Of a stretch of 64,000 nucleotides of DNA, positions 42,625-51,655 are shown one piece after another. The stretch is from a virus, in the IMG/VR virus record IMGVR_UViG_3300028610_002494, positions 1 through 64,000 of that record, one strand, 5' to 3'. Under the pieces are notes generated by a model, which made no database searches, was not told the origin of the DNA, and saw only the letters and a list, made by a program, of their open reading frames with translations. Position 1 is the first letter of the stretch. Every line of letters starts with the position of its first letter. The position numbers and the translations under genes were made by a program.

Positions 42625-43635
42625 ATGTCTAAAGTTAAAGTTTATTCAATACAAAAACTACAGAAACAATTAAAATTGGAAAAGAACTTAGAAAAAAGAG
42701 AACAATTAAGATTAATTTTAGACGAGATGGCAGAAGTATATCCTGATGAATCTGAAATACCATCTGATCCAAGATCACTTTTTACAGTTCCCAAACAATG
42801 GAAAAGTAGTAATATGAAAAGAAAACTTGTAATGGCAGTATTAGGAGAAAGTTTCACTGGAAAAACATTTACTGCTTTAAGTTCAAGTCATCTCACTGCT
42901 AAACATATAAAGAATGATTTTAAAGTTGGTTTAACTATTGAAGAAATAGAATATTTCTTACAACAAATGAAAAGATACATTCCTTTTACACCAGTTTGGG
43001 TTATAGGCACAGAAGAAAGCACTTATGAATGCTTAACCAGTGATGATAATGAAGAATATTTTGAACATGCAAACATTAATTATGTTGAAGTATTGGCAAA
43101 AGGAAGTGGTTTAACACTATTAGACCAAATTAGAACCTATAAAAACTTTCTTATTGCAATTTATGCATTGTCTAACCTAAAAAGAGGAACAGTCATACTT
43201 GACAGTTCAAGTGGTGTACTTAGTGCTCAACATGAAATTGTTCGTAGAGTAATTGGTAAACTTCCTTCACTCAAAAAAGAACAAGGAATATTGCCAAGAC
43301 ATTGGTTCTGGAGAAATGTAGAAAGAGAAGGTATTATGTTCTGGGGAAGAATTATGCCTGTACATTTCATATTCACCATTAAAATCATAATGCAATCAGT
43401 TGAAGGTGGAAAAGACATAGAAAAAATAAAATGGTGGGAAGAAACTGACAGACATCTTTCGTCTATTATTATAAAGAACAAAAGAATCGGAAAACAAGCC
43501 AATTTTAATAGTACAATAGAAAAATGTAGGATAAACACAACTTTATATAATAAAACCTATAAAAATTTAACTATGCCACTTTTTATGTGGAGTTTAATAA
43601 ATGCCAAAAAAAGAAAAATAAAAGAGGAAATATAA
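42625..43635 (+). CDS. RecA-fold P-loop ATPase (AAA_24/Sak4-like)
   Basis: GESFTGKT Walker A, VILDS Walker B, IEKCR. Confidence 0.65.
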   Translation: MSKVKVYSIQKLQKQLKLEKNLEKREQLRLILDEMAEVYPDESEIPSDPRSLFTVPKQWKSSNMKRKLVMAVLGESFTGKTFTALSSSHLTAKHIKNDFKVGLTIEEIEYFLQQMKRYIPFTPVWVIGTEESTYECLTSDDNEEYFEHANINYVEVLAKGSGLTLLDQIRTYKNFLIAIYALSNLKRGTVILDSSSGVLSAQHEIVRRVIGKLPSLKKEQGILPRHWFWRNVEREGIMFWGRIMPVHFIFTIKIIMQSVEGGKDIEKIKWWEETDRHLSSIIIKNKRIGKQANFNSTIEKCRINTTLYNKTYKNLTMPLFMWSLINAKKRKIKEEI

Positions 43636-43637
43636 AA

Positions 43638-44495
43638 ATGTTAAAAGAAATGAACAAAAAAGATTTAATAACCATAAACAATCTTGTAAGAGTATCAACA
43701 GCATCTGGTGATGATAAAATTGAAAAATATATAATAGAGCTTAATAAAGAAGAAAAAGCACTATTTGTTGAAATTTTCCAACCATCAGGTAAATTTGCTG
43801 TGTGTCTAAGAAAAGAAATGGAAGATATAGTTAAAGATGAACTAATTCCAATTGTTGATAGTGGAGAACTTAATGAAATACTTACTAAAATTATAGAAGG
43901 TGATGATATTGATCTTTCTGTTAAAAATAATAAAGTTCTCATTAAATCAAGCAAAGATAATATTGACGACAACATTGAACTTCCATATTATGAAGAAACC
44001 AAAGATGAAAAAGAATCAAGAGAAATGGTAAAGAAATCCTTTAAAACAAGAAAATATGGAAATGTAAACAACATCCTTACTTTTTATGGAATAGCAAATA
44101 AAGAAGACCCAAAACCTGATGCAGTATGTAAGGTTGACCTAAAAAGACTTAACATCAAAAATATTGCAACTGTATTTAATAAAGGTGCAATAGAAGTTGG
44201 CACCAAAAAAGGAACTTTTTACATTACTGTTGGTGGAGGAACACAAAAGCAGAGTAAAAACATAAAAAGAACAATAAAAAAAGGAGAAACTAAAGACCCA
44301 ATGAACATAAAAGGAGAAAGTACAGCATTACTTCAAGACATAAATTGTTTTTCCTTACTTTCTGGTTTCTCAGGACTTGTACACATTGATATGAAAGAAG
44401 ATTTTCCATTTGTGTTAAAAAAGAAAATAGCTGAACATAGAATTGGAATTTGTTATTTGATAAGCTTATTAGAAGTTGAAGAAACAGAAGAATAA
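43638..44495 (+). CDS. Divergent PCNA-like sliding clamp
   Basis: FVEIFQPSGKFAVCL resembles LRAMDPSRVALVDL; ELNEIL..I.EGD.IDL resembles DLNKVL..A.SGD.LTL; VHIDMKEDFPFVL....IGICYLI resembles VTIELGNDMPLKL....LTFLLA; about 285 aa. Confidence 0.65.
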   Translation: MLKEMNKKDLITINNLVRVSTASGDDKIEKYIIELNKEEKALFVEIFQPSGKFAVCLRKEMEDIVKDELIPIVDSGELNEILTKIIEGDDIDLSVKNNKVLIKSSKDNIDDNIELPYYEETKDEKESREMVKKSFKTRKYGNVNNILTFYGIANKEDPKPDAVCKVDLKRLNIKNIATVFNKGAIEVGTKKGTFYITVGGGTQKQSKNIKRTIKKGETKDPMNIKGESTALLQDINCFSLLSGFSGLVHIDMKEDFPFVLKKKIAEHRIGICYLISLLEVEETEE

Positions 44496-44510
44496 TTAAT
44501 TAATTTTTTA

Positions 44511-44552
44511 TTTTATTGTAAGTGTGTTTAGGTTTCCTGAGCACCAATAAAA
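44511..44552 (+). ncRNA. Bulged hairpin motif B, copy 2
   Basis: TTTTATTG-taagt-GTGTTTAG-gtttc-CTGAGCAC-CAATAAAA. Confidence 0.55.
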
Positions 44553-44580
44553 ATTGAATTAAAGAAAAAAAGGTTAAAAA

Positions 44581-44820
44581 ATGAAAGAAATAGTAAAAGT
44601 ATTTGCTGAAGAAATGGAAAAAATATTAGATGAAAAGTTTGAAAAATATCAAGACAGTTGGAAAGATGAAGACTTAGATTCACTTGTGAGATATTTAAAT
44701 GAACAAGTCCGAAAACTTAATAAACTCTTATTAAAACGAATTATTAATAAAAAAGACCTAAGAAGACTGGTTCATATAGCAAACCAATGTTTAATTCTTT
44801 TCACCAGACTAAATAAATAA
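44581..44820 (+). CDS. Small all-alpha protein, possibly MazG-like
   Basis: FAEEME.IL....SWK...LVHIANQC. Confidence 0.35.
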   Translation: MKEIVKVFAEEMEKILDEKFEKYQDSWKDEDLDSLVRYLNEQVRKLNKLLLKRIINKKDLRRLVHIANQCLILFTRLNK

Positions 44821-45020
44821 ATAAATAAATAAATATTTTATTATACAAAAACGGAAAATGGTGATTGATGGTACACAGTAAAGGATGTAGAAAAATTAAC
44901 ATTTTGGAACTCTCTGCATCGTCTGATACATATTTTCTGTTGGTTTTTACAGTTATGTATTATGTGGGATTCAATTATTTGCCGAAATTTTTGTGAATAA
45001 TAGATAAAAAAATAAGAAAA

Positions 45021-45542
45021 ATGGAAAAAATAAAAAAGATAAAATTTGAACTAATTCAAATGGAAAAGAATTATCAAACAAACAAGTCCATTTTCGTGAA
45101 AGACAGAACAATATTTATAGTTGGAAGATCAAATAAGTTAGGTAAAAAAATATTTTTCGTAAATGATTTTTATCCAAGGTTTTATGTAGAAAAAGGAGAA
45201 AATATAGATTTCATCATTGAAGAACATAAAGATAAAATAAAAGAAATTAAAACTAAAGAAGATGGTGAAGAATATAACTACAAAAATCTTGGAGGAAAAG
45301 AAGAACTTATTACAATTTACATTTATAAAACTTCAGATATTGAGATAAGAGATTTGTTTAGCAAAACATATCAAGCAAATATTAAATTTACTGAAGTTTT
45401 TAAAAGGGAAAAACTCATAAAAGATAATTTTTATGTTCCAGAATACGTTTTTGAAATGAAAACAAGAACTTTCAAAATATATGGAATAGAATACATAATG
45501 ATAAAAGAAAATGAGATTGATGGAGGAGAATTGATATTTTAA
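45021..45542 (+). CDS. Stand-alone N-terminal domain of family B DNA polymerase
   Basis: IFIVGR...DFYPRFYV...TSDIEIRDLF..TYQANIKFTEVF....I parallels PolB NTD (F.PYFY, P.DV..LR, YEADIPF..RYLID); 60024 lacks this domain. Confidence 0.75.
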   Translation: MEKIKKIKFELIQMEKNYQTNKSIFVKDRTIFIVGRSNKLGKKIFFVNDFYPRFYVEKGENIDFIIEEHKDKIKEIKTKEDGEEYNYKNLGGKEELITIYIYKTSDIEIRDLFSKTYQANIKFTEVFKREKLIKDNFYVPEYVFEMKTRTFKIYGIEYIMIKENEIDGGELIF

Positions 45543-45907
45543 AAATATACATCTCAGGTGCTGTAGAAGACTCAGAAATAATAAATGAATTAGCAAGATA
45601 TTTTGAAAAATGTAAATGTAAAATAACTCGAAAATGGTGGCACTTTACTACTGAAGATATAATGAGATATCCATTATATATAGAAGAAGATATTAAAGCA
45701 ATCAGAAAATGTGACTTATTTATAATGTATAATACCAATAAAAAAACAAGTGGTAAATTTATAGAACTTGGCATGGCTATTATATTGAATAAACCTATTT
45801 TAATTTATGGAAAAGACATAACAAGTATGTTTAAATCAAGAACACAATATTGTGGAGAATTTAATATTCAAAAAGAGGAGAAAAGATGGAAACTAAAAAA
45901 GAATTAA
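45536..45907 (+). CDS. Nucleoside 2-deoxyribosyltransferase/DNPH1-like N-glycosidase
   Basis: Frame extends upstream to (M)LKIYISG with an ATT start after GGAGG; DIKAIRKCD...SGKFIELGMA....KPI. Confidence 0.75.
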   Translation: MLKIYISGAVEDSEIINELARYFEKCKCKITRKWWHFTTEDIMRYPLYIEEDIKAIRKCDLFIMYNTNKKTSGKFIELGMAIILNKPILIYGKDITSMFKSRTQYCGEFNIQKEEKRWKLKKN

Positions 45908-46372
45908 GTGTTAAAGATATAGTTAAAAAATTCATAGATGATGAAAAAACTGCTTTCTTTCAACTCATTTATGATAGTATTACACGTGCATCTTCAACAA
46001 AAAGACCAGCAAGAGCAACTATAAGATTGCCAAAATATATTTGTGATACAGACACAAGGGATTTAAGAAAATGGGAAATTATTTGTGTTGCTATTCCAAA
46101 AGAGAAAGTAATGAAACTTTTAGAGGAATAAAATTATGAGATGGAAAATACAAATCATTAATTTAGGAAGTAAAAAGAAAAGAAAGATTAAAGACCTAAA
46201 AGACTATATATATGAAATCGCAGCAAAAATACAGATTTTTGTTGTTGAATTAGCAGAAGAAGATGAAACAATACCACTAACAAAACAAGAAAAATTAAAA
46301 AGAACTGGTGATTTCCTTTTAAAATTACAAAAAGAAATATTAGAATTTAGGAGAAATAAATATTGTCGTTAA
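45886..46372 (+). CDS. Two hypothetical genes (45886-46131, 46136-46372)
   Basis: Coupled ORFs. Confidence 0.5.
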
Positions 46373-47022
46373 TGGATTTTATTGGAAATAAAAAACCATT
46401 GGAAGAATTTATCAAATCTAATAAAGAAGATATTAAATTCAAGAAAATTAAATTTGAAGATATAATCTTTAGTGCTTTCGTTCATTTAAAATGTATGAAT
46501 TGTGGAATGTATAAAAGAAATTATCACTGTTTAGCAACTCCAAGATGGAAAAAATCTAAAGAAAACTTATCAAAATATAATAATTATTACTTAGTTTACA
46601 TACAATTTGATAATAAACCAAGAATAAAGGATTATTTCAAGAAAAGAGAAGTGTTTAGAGCACAAGGAAGTAAAGGAATGAATGATTGGTTAATTTATAG
46701 GAATGCTTGTGGTGCAAATCAAGCAATCATAGTTAGTAAATTAAGAAAATTCTTGATAAATGTTAAAACACACTATTCTAAAGAAAAATTAAAACTTTTT
46801 GGTGCAGGTGGTGGATGTCGTGGTTGTAGAGTTTGTGGGTTGGTTAAACCACAAATGATTAAAGAACCAAGAGAACCATGTAAAAAACCAAACAAGACTT
46901 TTGGAGCACCTGAAAGTATCGGAATAGACGTATATGCAACTTTAAAGAGAAATAAAATAGAATATGATGTCATACCAAAAAATAAATTAATAACAGTAGG
47001 GTTGATATGTCAAAAACAATAA
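46363..47022 (+). CDS. DUF2284-like Cys-rich metal-binding protein
   Basis: CMNCGMY..NYHC, GGGCRGCRVC, PC..P, PESIGIDV. Confidence 0.75.
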   Translation: MSLMDFIGNKKPLEEFIKSNKEDIKFKKIKFEDIIFSAFVHLKCMNCGMYKRNYHCLATPRWKKSKENLSKYNNYYLVYIQFDNKPRIKDYFKKREVFRAQGSKGMNDWLIYRNACGANQAIIVSKLRKFLINVKTHYSKEKLKLFGAGGGCRGCRVCGLVKPQMIKEPREPCKKPNKTFGAPESIGIDVYATLKRNKIEYDVIPKNKLITVGLICQKQ

Positions 47023-47219
47023 ATTGTAATCTAAATTGTCCAGCTTGTCATACAAACATAACTAAGATGAAAGAACATCATTTAAATGAAGATTTAGCTG
47101 TATTTAGATGTTTTTATTGTGGATATACTCAAACTATTTCAAATAATGGAGAATTTGAACCACAAGAAGAATTGAATATATATTATAATGAATATATAAA
47201 AAAAGAAATTATGAAGTGA
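47007..47219 (+). CDS. Zinc-ribbon protein
   Basis: CPAC...CFYC. Confidence 0.55.
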   Translation: MSKTINCNLNCPACHTNITKMKEHHLNEDLAVFRCFYCGYTQTISNNGEFEPQEELNIYYNEYIKKEIMK

Positions 47220-47451
47220 AAAAAGAAAATGGCATGGAAATTAAGAACTTTTAAATGTAAAATTAAAAATAGAGACTATATCTCTGAGATGTTTAAGATA
47301 AATAAAAGAACTTATAATTACACAACAACCTTAGATGGTAAAGTTATTGCTCATGAAGAAAATCTCGAAATGGAGACAGCAGTTATACTTGAAGATCACA
47401 TTAAAGAAATAATTAAAAAAGAAAAAAGAATTTATCAAATGGAAAATTAAA

Positions 47452-48066
47452 ATGAGTCTTGAAAAATTTATAGGTATAAAAAGAGTAATAGATAACACAA
47501 TACCATCAGTTTTTATACATATTTTAGGTGGTCATAGTACTGGAAAGTCTGGAATAGTTGGAAGAATAAAACAAAAATATGGTGCTAAAATTATGGCACT
47601 TGGTAAGTATTCAAGAAGTAGAACAACAAAAGGACTGCTAACTGGTGGAATGGATGGAATACAGATGACCAACAAAGAACGATTTAAATACATTAAAAGA
47701 CATTTTCTTTCAAATAAACAAGTGTTATTGTGTGAAGGAATGATGGTTATTTATTATGATTCTTTTTTAAGCAAATACTATGAACTACAGAAAATAAAAC
47801 ACAGAACTGTTTATGTAATATTACTACAAACTGATATTGAAACAATGCGAAAAAGAATATCTAAAAGAAGTAAAGGAAAAGAACATAGTGAAAAAAGAGA
47901 AAGAAATTTAAGATCAAAAGCAAGTTGTTCTGAATCAACTTATAATAGACTTGAAGAAAATAGTACATTTATTAAAACTAAATTCGATACATCAGATTCT
48001 AAGATTTTTGATAATATAGTTATATATATATCTGAAATTATTGACAAAACACTAAAAAAGGAATAA
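47452..48066 (+). CDS. P-loop kinase resembling 5-hmdU DNA kinase
   Basis: GGHSTGKS, LGKY, GGMDGI (family GGxDxI), LLCEG, RI.KRS lid. Confidence 0.7.
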   Translation: MSLEKFIGIKRVIDNTIPSVFIHILGGHSTGKSGIVGRIKQKYGAKIMALGKYSRSRTTKGLLTGGMDGIQMTNKERFKYIKRHFLSNKQVLLCEGMMVIYYDSFLSKYYELQKIKHRTVYVILLQTDIETMRKRISKRSKGKEHSEKRERNLRSKASCSESTYNRLEENSTFIKTKFDTSDSKIFDNIVIYISEIIDKTLKKE

Positions 48067-48068
48067 AT

Positions 48069-48641
48069 ATGGATTTTTTGATAAGAAAAATTAAAAATGA
48101 AAATGATAAAACACAAATTAAAATAATTTGTGAAAGTGTGGACAATAAAACAGTGAAATCTTTTCCTAATATTTGGGAAAGATTTAATAACTGGGAAAAG
48201 AATCCACCTTATGTTGTTGAAATAGATGGAAAGATAATTGCTTTTATGGGATTCACGATTAATAGAAATAATTATATTAATTTTTATGATTTTGCAGTTT
48301 TACCTGAATACCAAAGAAAAGGTATTGGTTCAGCTTTATGGGATAAGGTTATTAAAATTGCAACAGAAAATAGTAAAACAAGAATAAAATGTTCTGCTCA
48401 CATAGATTATGGTGGATATTTCTTTTACACTAAGAAAGTTAATTGGAAACCAATTGCAAGAAAAGGGAAAGAATATAAATTTGATGCTTTAATTGAAGGA
48501 ATTGATAATATTAATGATTTTACAAAAAGTATAAAGAAACAAACTCCACCAGATAAAAAAGAGATTGAAAGATATCAGAGATTAGATGAGTATTTTTATA
48601 ACTTAACTAAAAAAATATGGGAGTACTTTAAAAAATGTTAG
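48069..48641 (+). CDS. GNAT acetyltransferase
   Basis: FAVLPEYQRKGIGSAL, FFY; ends KKIWEYFKKC. Confidence 0.88.
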   Translation: MDFLIRKIKNENDKTQIKIICESVDNKTVKSFPNIWERFNNWEKNPPYVVEIDGKIIAFMGFTINRNNYINFYDFAVLPEYQRKGIGSALWDKVIKIATENSKTRIKCSAHIDYGGYFFYTKKVNWKPIARKGKEYKFDALIEGIDNINDFTKSIKKQTPPDKKEIERYQRLDEYFYNLTKKIWEYFKKC

Positions 48642-49240
48642 AAACAATTGATGAAGAAGATAAAATAATTAGGAAATTAACTTTTAAAGAAAAATTAGAA
48701 ATTGGAAAATGTGGAGAAAAAATTACAGATGAGAGAATAGTAGATATAATCCATTTCTTTACAGCTTATAATTCACCAAGAAGATGGTATATAGAAAAAA
48801 GTGTATATCAAAAACTATCTCCATATGAAAGATATAAAAAATACCAAGGCAACGGAATTGATGGATTACTTCATTATGATAGCTTATTAGTTCAAGTAAA
48901 AACAAGACAACTTGCATATCTCTTAGAAGAAGACATATATTTTGAATTAGGAAGAAGTATAAAAGGAATAAATAAATATAGTGGATGGTATTGGAAAAAT
49001 ATTGATTTATTATTATATTATTTTTATAGCTTAACAAAAAAGAAGATAATGTGTGGATATGTTATACTTCTGGATGAATTTAAGAAAACATATAACACTC
49101 CTGTAAAAATTAATAAGAAGTTTGAAATAAAATGTGATTGGAACTTTAATCCAACAAAAATATATTTTTGTCCTAAATTTAAAGATTTTCCAAATAATTC
49201 ATTTTATGATATAACACCAATAGTAAAGGAGCTGGAATAA
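48635..49240 (+). CDS. PD-(D/E)XK nuclease-fold protein
   Basis: GKCGE...QGNGIDG....VQVKTR...IYFE. Confidence 0.6.
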   Translation: MLETIDEEDKIIRKLTFKEKLEIGKCGEKITDERIVDIIHFFTAYNSPRRWYIEKSVYQKLSPYERYKKYQGNGIDGLLHYDSLLVQVKTRQLAYLLEEDIYFELGRSIKGINKYSGWYWKNIDLLLYYFYSLTKKKIMCGYVILLDEFKKTYNTPVKINKKFEIKCDWNFNPTKIYFCPKFKDFPNNSFYDITPIVKELE

Positions 49241-49241
49241 A

Positions 49242-49658
49242 ATAAAACTAATTCCTGATGTAACAGATAAAACATTAGAAACAAAGAAATTTAATCCAAA
49301 ATTAATTTATGAATCTATATTAAGAGAAACTGATATTTCTGAAGAAGATGCTAAAAGAATTATGGAAGAAGTTGTAAGAAAATTAGTTTTTATGGGTAAA
49401 AAAATAAAGTTCCTATCTGCTCGAATGATAAGAGAAACGACAAATGCAACATTTCCAGAATATGGATTTGAAGAAGAAAGAAAAAAATATACAGTAATTG
49501 GAATTCCATTCTATGATTTAAAAAATTGGGTTGAAGATAAAACCTTAATTCAAACAGAAATTGATAAAAAAATAGTAGAACATATTAGAACTGAATATTT
49601 AAATGTAGAAAACCTAATAGAAACAATAAGAAATGGAGAAAATAATGAGAGATTATAA
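49242..49658 (+). CDS. Stand-alone ATP-cone protein resembling the N-terminus of archaeal class III RNR
   Basis: Frame extended to ATA 49242: FNPKLIYESILRETDISEEDAKRIMEEVVRKL..IKFLSARMIRE...YT.IGIPFYD. Confidence 0.72.
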   Translation: MKLIPDVTDKTLETKKFNPKLIYESILRETDISEEDAKRIMEEVVRKLVFMGKKIKFLSARMIRETTNATFPEYGFEEERKKYTVIGIPFYDLKNWVEDKTLIQTEIDKKIVEHIRTEYLNVENLIETIRNGENNERL

Positions 49659-50763
49659 TATAACAGACTACAGAACTGAAAGATGGAATGGTTTTAAGGA
49701 TTATTATATTAAAGAAATGTACTGTGGTGATGATCCAAATTATCCTGCTTTAAATTATATTTGTGATAAATTAAAACTAACTGAAGAACAGAGATATTGG
49801 ATTGCATTCTTATATGGAACTAATTATTGTGTTCCAACAACATATTACATTTTTAAGGAATTTCCTGATTATGAAAGAATAGATATTGACGAACTACAAC
49901 ATTGGTGGGATAAAAATAAAGAAAAAACACATTTCCAAACAGACAGAGCAAAAGTAAAGAACTTTAATTATTTTGTAAAATGTGTTGAAAGCTATCAAGA
50001 TTTAGTAGGAAAAAACCAAGTAGAAACTTTTGATATATTTACTGAAATAGATGATAATCAAGAAAAATATAAAATGGTTTATGATTTTACTAATGAAATA
50101 TTTTATTTTGGAAGATTTAGTTTATTTAATTATCTTGAAACAATTAATAAACTCACTAATTTAGAAATGGAACCAGATGGTTTAGATCTTAAATATGCAG
50201 AGAGTGCACGTAATGGACTATGTTATGCTTGTAATAAAGAAGAGTTTATCACATTACATCACAAAAAATCAAAAGAAAAGATAAATTATAGGTATTTACA
50301 AGAAAAACTCGAAACAATTGTATATGAATTAAAAGAAGAGAACCCTGAGATTGATGTAAACTACTGGAATGTTGAAACTGTTTTATGTGCATATAAAAAA
50401 CTATTCTGGAACACAAGATATCTTGGTTATTATATTGATAGACAAATGGAAGATATAATTAAATTGCAGAATAATGTAGATATAATAGATTGGAAAATTC
50501 TATGGGATTTTAGAGCTGAATTTCATCATCCACAATTTCTTGGTGAATTTAATGACTGGAATGGGATAAGAGAAGAGAACAAGTATTATGTAACAAAACA
50601 TGGAATACTTGATATTAAAGAATTTCCTAAATATAAAACCTGTTTAAGAAAAGTTGATTTACAATCTACTAAAAAACCAAAATTAATAAACAACTTAGAA
50701 CATTATAAAAGAAGAATAATAAGCAAAAAACCTAAACCAAAAAAAATATGGGAATATTTTTAA
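49633..50763 (+). CDS. aGPT-Pplase2-like amino acid:DNA transferase (thymidine hypermodification)
   Basis: EQRYWIAFLYG, FQTDR, FGRFS.FNYLE, S.RNGL, ETVLCAYK, RY.GYYIDR; likely start 49645; ends KKIWEYF. Confidence 0.8.
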   Translation: MEKIMRDYNITDYRTERWNGFKDYYIKEMYCGDDPNYPALNYICDKLKLTEEQRYWIAFLYGTNYCVPTTYYIFKEFPDYERIDIDELQHWWDKNKEKTHFQTDRAKVKNFNYFVKCVESYQDLVGKNQVETFDIFTEIDDNQEKYKMVYDFTNEIFYFGRFSLFNYLETINKLTNLEMEPDGLDLKYAESARNGLCYACNKEEFITLHHKKSKEKINYRYLQEKLETIVYELKEENPEIDVNYWNVETVLCAYKKLFWNTRYLGYYIDRQMEDIIKLQNNVDIIDWKILWDFRAEFHHPQFLGEFNDWNGIREENKYYVTKHGILDIKEFPKYKTCLRKVDLQSTKKPKLINNLEHYKRRIISKKPKPKKIWEYF

Positions 50764-50779
50764 AAAGAGGTGAAATATT

Positions 50780-51016
50780 ATAACAAATCATAAAGAAATA
50801 AGATACAAAATCTGTTTTAATTGTAAGGTGTTTATGCCAATTTTCACTTGTGATGCCATTAATCTACAAGAACTAACAAATTTCGAAAGAATACATAATG
50901 AACATATGGTTCAAACTATAAACTACAACGAAATACCTACAAATTATATATTTATTAAAGGCAAAAATGCAAGAGAAAGAACTTTAACACAAATTCAAAA
51001 AATGTTAGAAGTATGA
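50780..51016 (+). CDS. Small metal-binding protein (ATA start)
   Basis: CFNC...H..H; the track ORF at 50828 lacks the CxxC. Confidence 0.55.
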   Translation: MTNHKEIRYKICFNCKVFMPIFTCDAINLQELTNFERIHNEHMVQTINYNEIPTNYIFIKGKNARERTLTQIQKMLEV

Positions 51017-51174
51017 AAAAATGTAAGGGATGTGGATATCCTCAAAATCCACCAAATAGCAATAAAATTTGGTTATCTGAGGATGGTCTATGTTCAATAT
51101 GTTATTCAAAACAAATAAAACTTAAAAAAAATAATAAAAAACCTAAAAAAATATGGGAATATTATGATAATTAA
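51013..51174 (+). CDS. 53-aa zinc finger with KKIWEYY tail (not in ORF track)
   Basis: MKKCKGC...CSIC...KKPKKIWEYYDN. Confidence 0.6.
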   Translation: MKKCKGCGYPQNPPNSNKIWLSEDGLCSICYSKQIKLKKNNKKPKKIWEYYDN

Positions 51175-51655
51175 AATAAAGAAAATGGGAAGAAATGTAA
51201 AATTACCAACAAAACAAAGAGAAGGAGATGCTGGATATGATGCTTATATTTATGGTTTCCAGAAATATACTCAAAATAAAATTAATAAAAATAAAAATCC
51301 AGTTAATTTGAATAGATCAGAATATATTTTAGAACCATTAGAAAGGGTTGATTGTAGATTAGGATTTGCCACAGAAATTCCTGAAGGATATTATGCTCAA
51401 ATTGTACCAAGAAGTGGTTTAGCAATTTGGAATGGTTTAACTGTATTAAATACACCTGCTACAATTGATTCTGGTTTCAGAAATGAATGGATGGTGATAA
51501 TTGTTAATATTTCTGATAAAAAAGTGAAGTTAATAGTTGGAGACAGAATTTGTCAAATAATCATAAGAAAATTGGTGGAATTTGAATTTAAAGAAGTTAA
51601 AAAATTAAATAAATCTGAAAGAAATTTAAATGGATTAGGGAGCACAGGAAAATGA
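51164..51655 (+). CDS. dut: Trimeric dUTPase
   Basis: AGYD, PRSGLA, TIDSGFR, GDRICQ, R...GLGSTG. Confidence 0.93.
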   Translation: MIIKIKKMGRNVKLPTKQREGDAGYDAYIYGFQKYTQNKINKNKNPVNLNRSEYILEPLERVDCRLGFATEIPEGYYAQIVPRSGLAIWNGLTVLNTPATIDSGFRNEWMVIIVNISDKKVKLIVGDRICQIIIRKLVEFEFKEVKKLNKSERNLNGLGSTGK

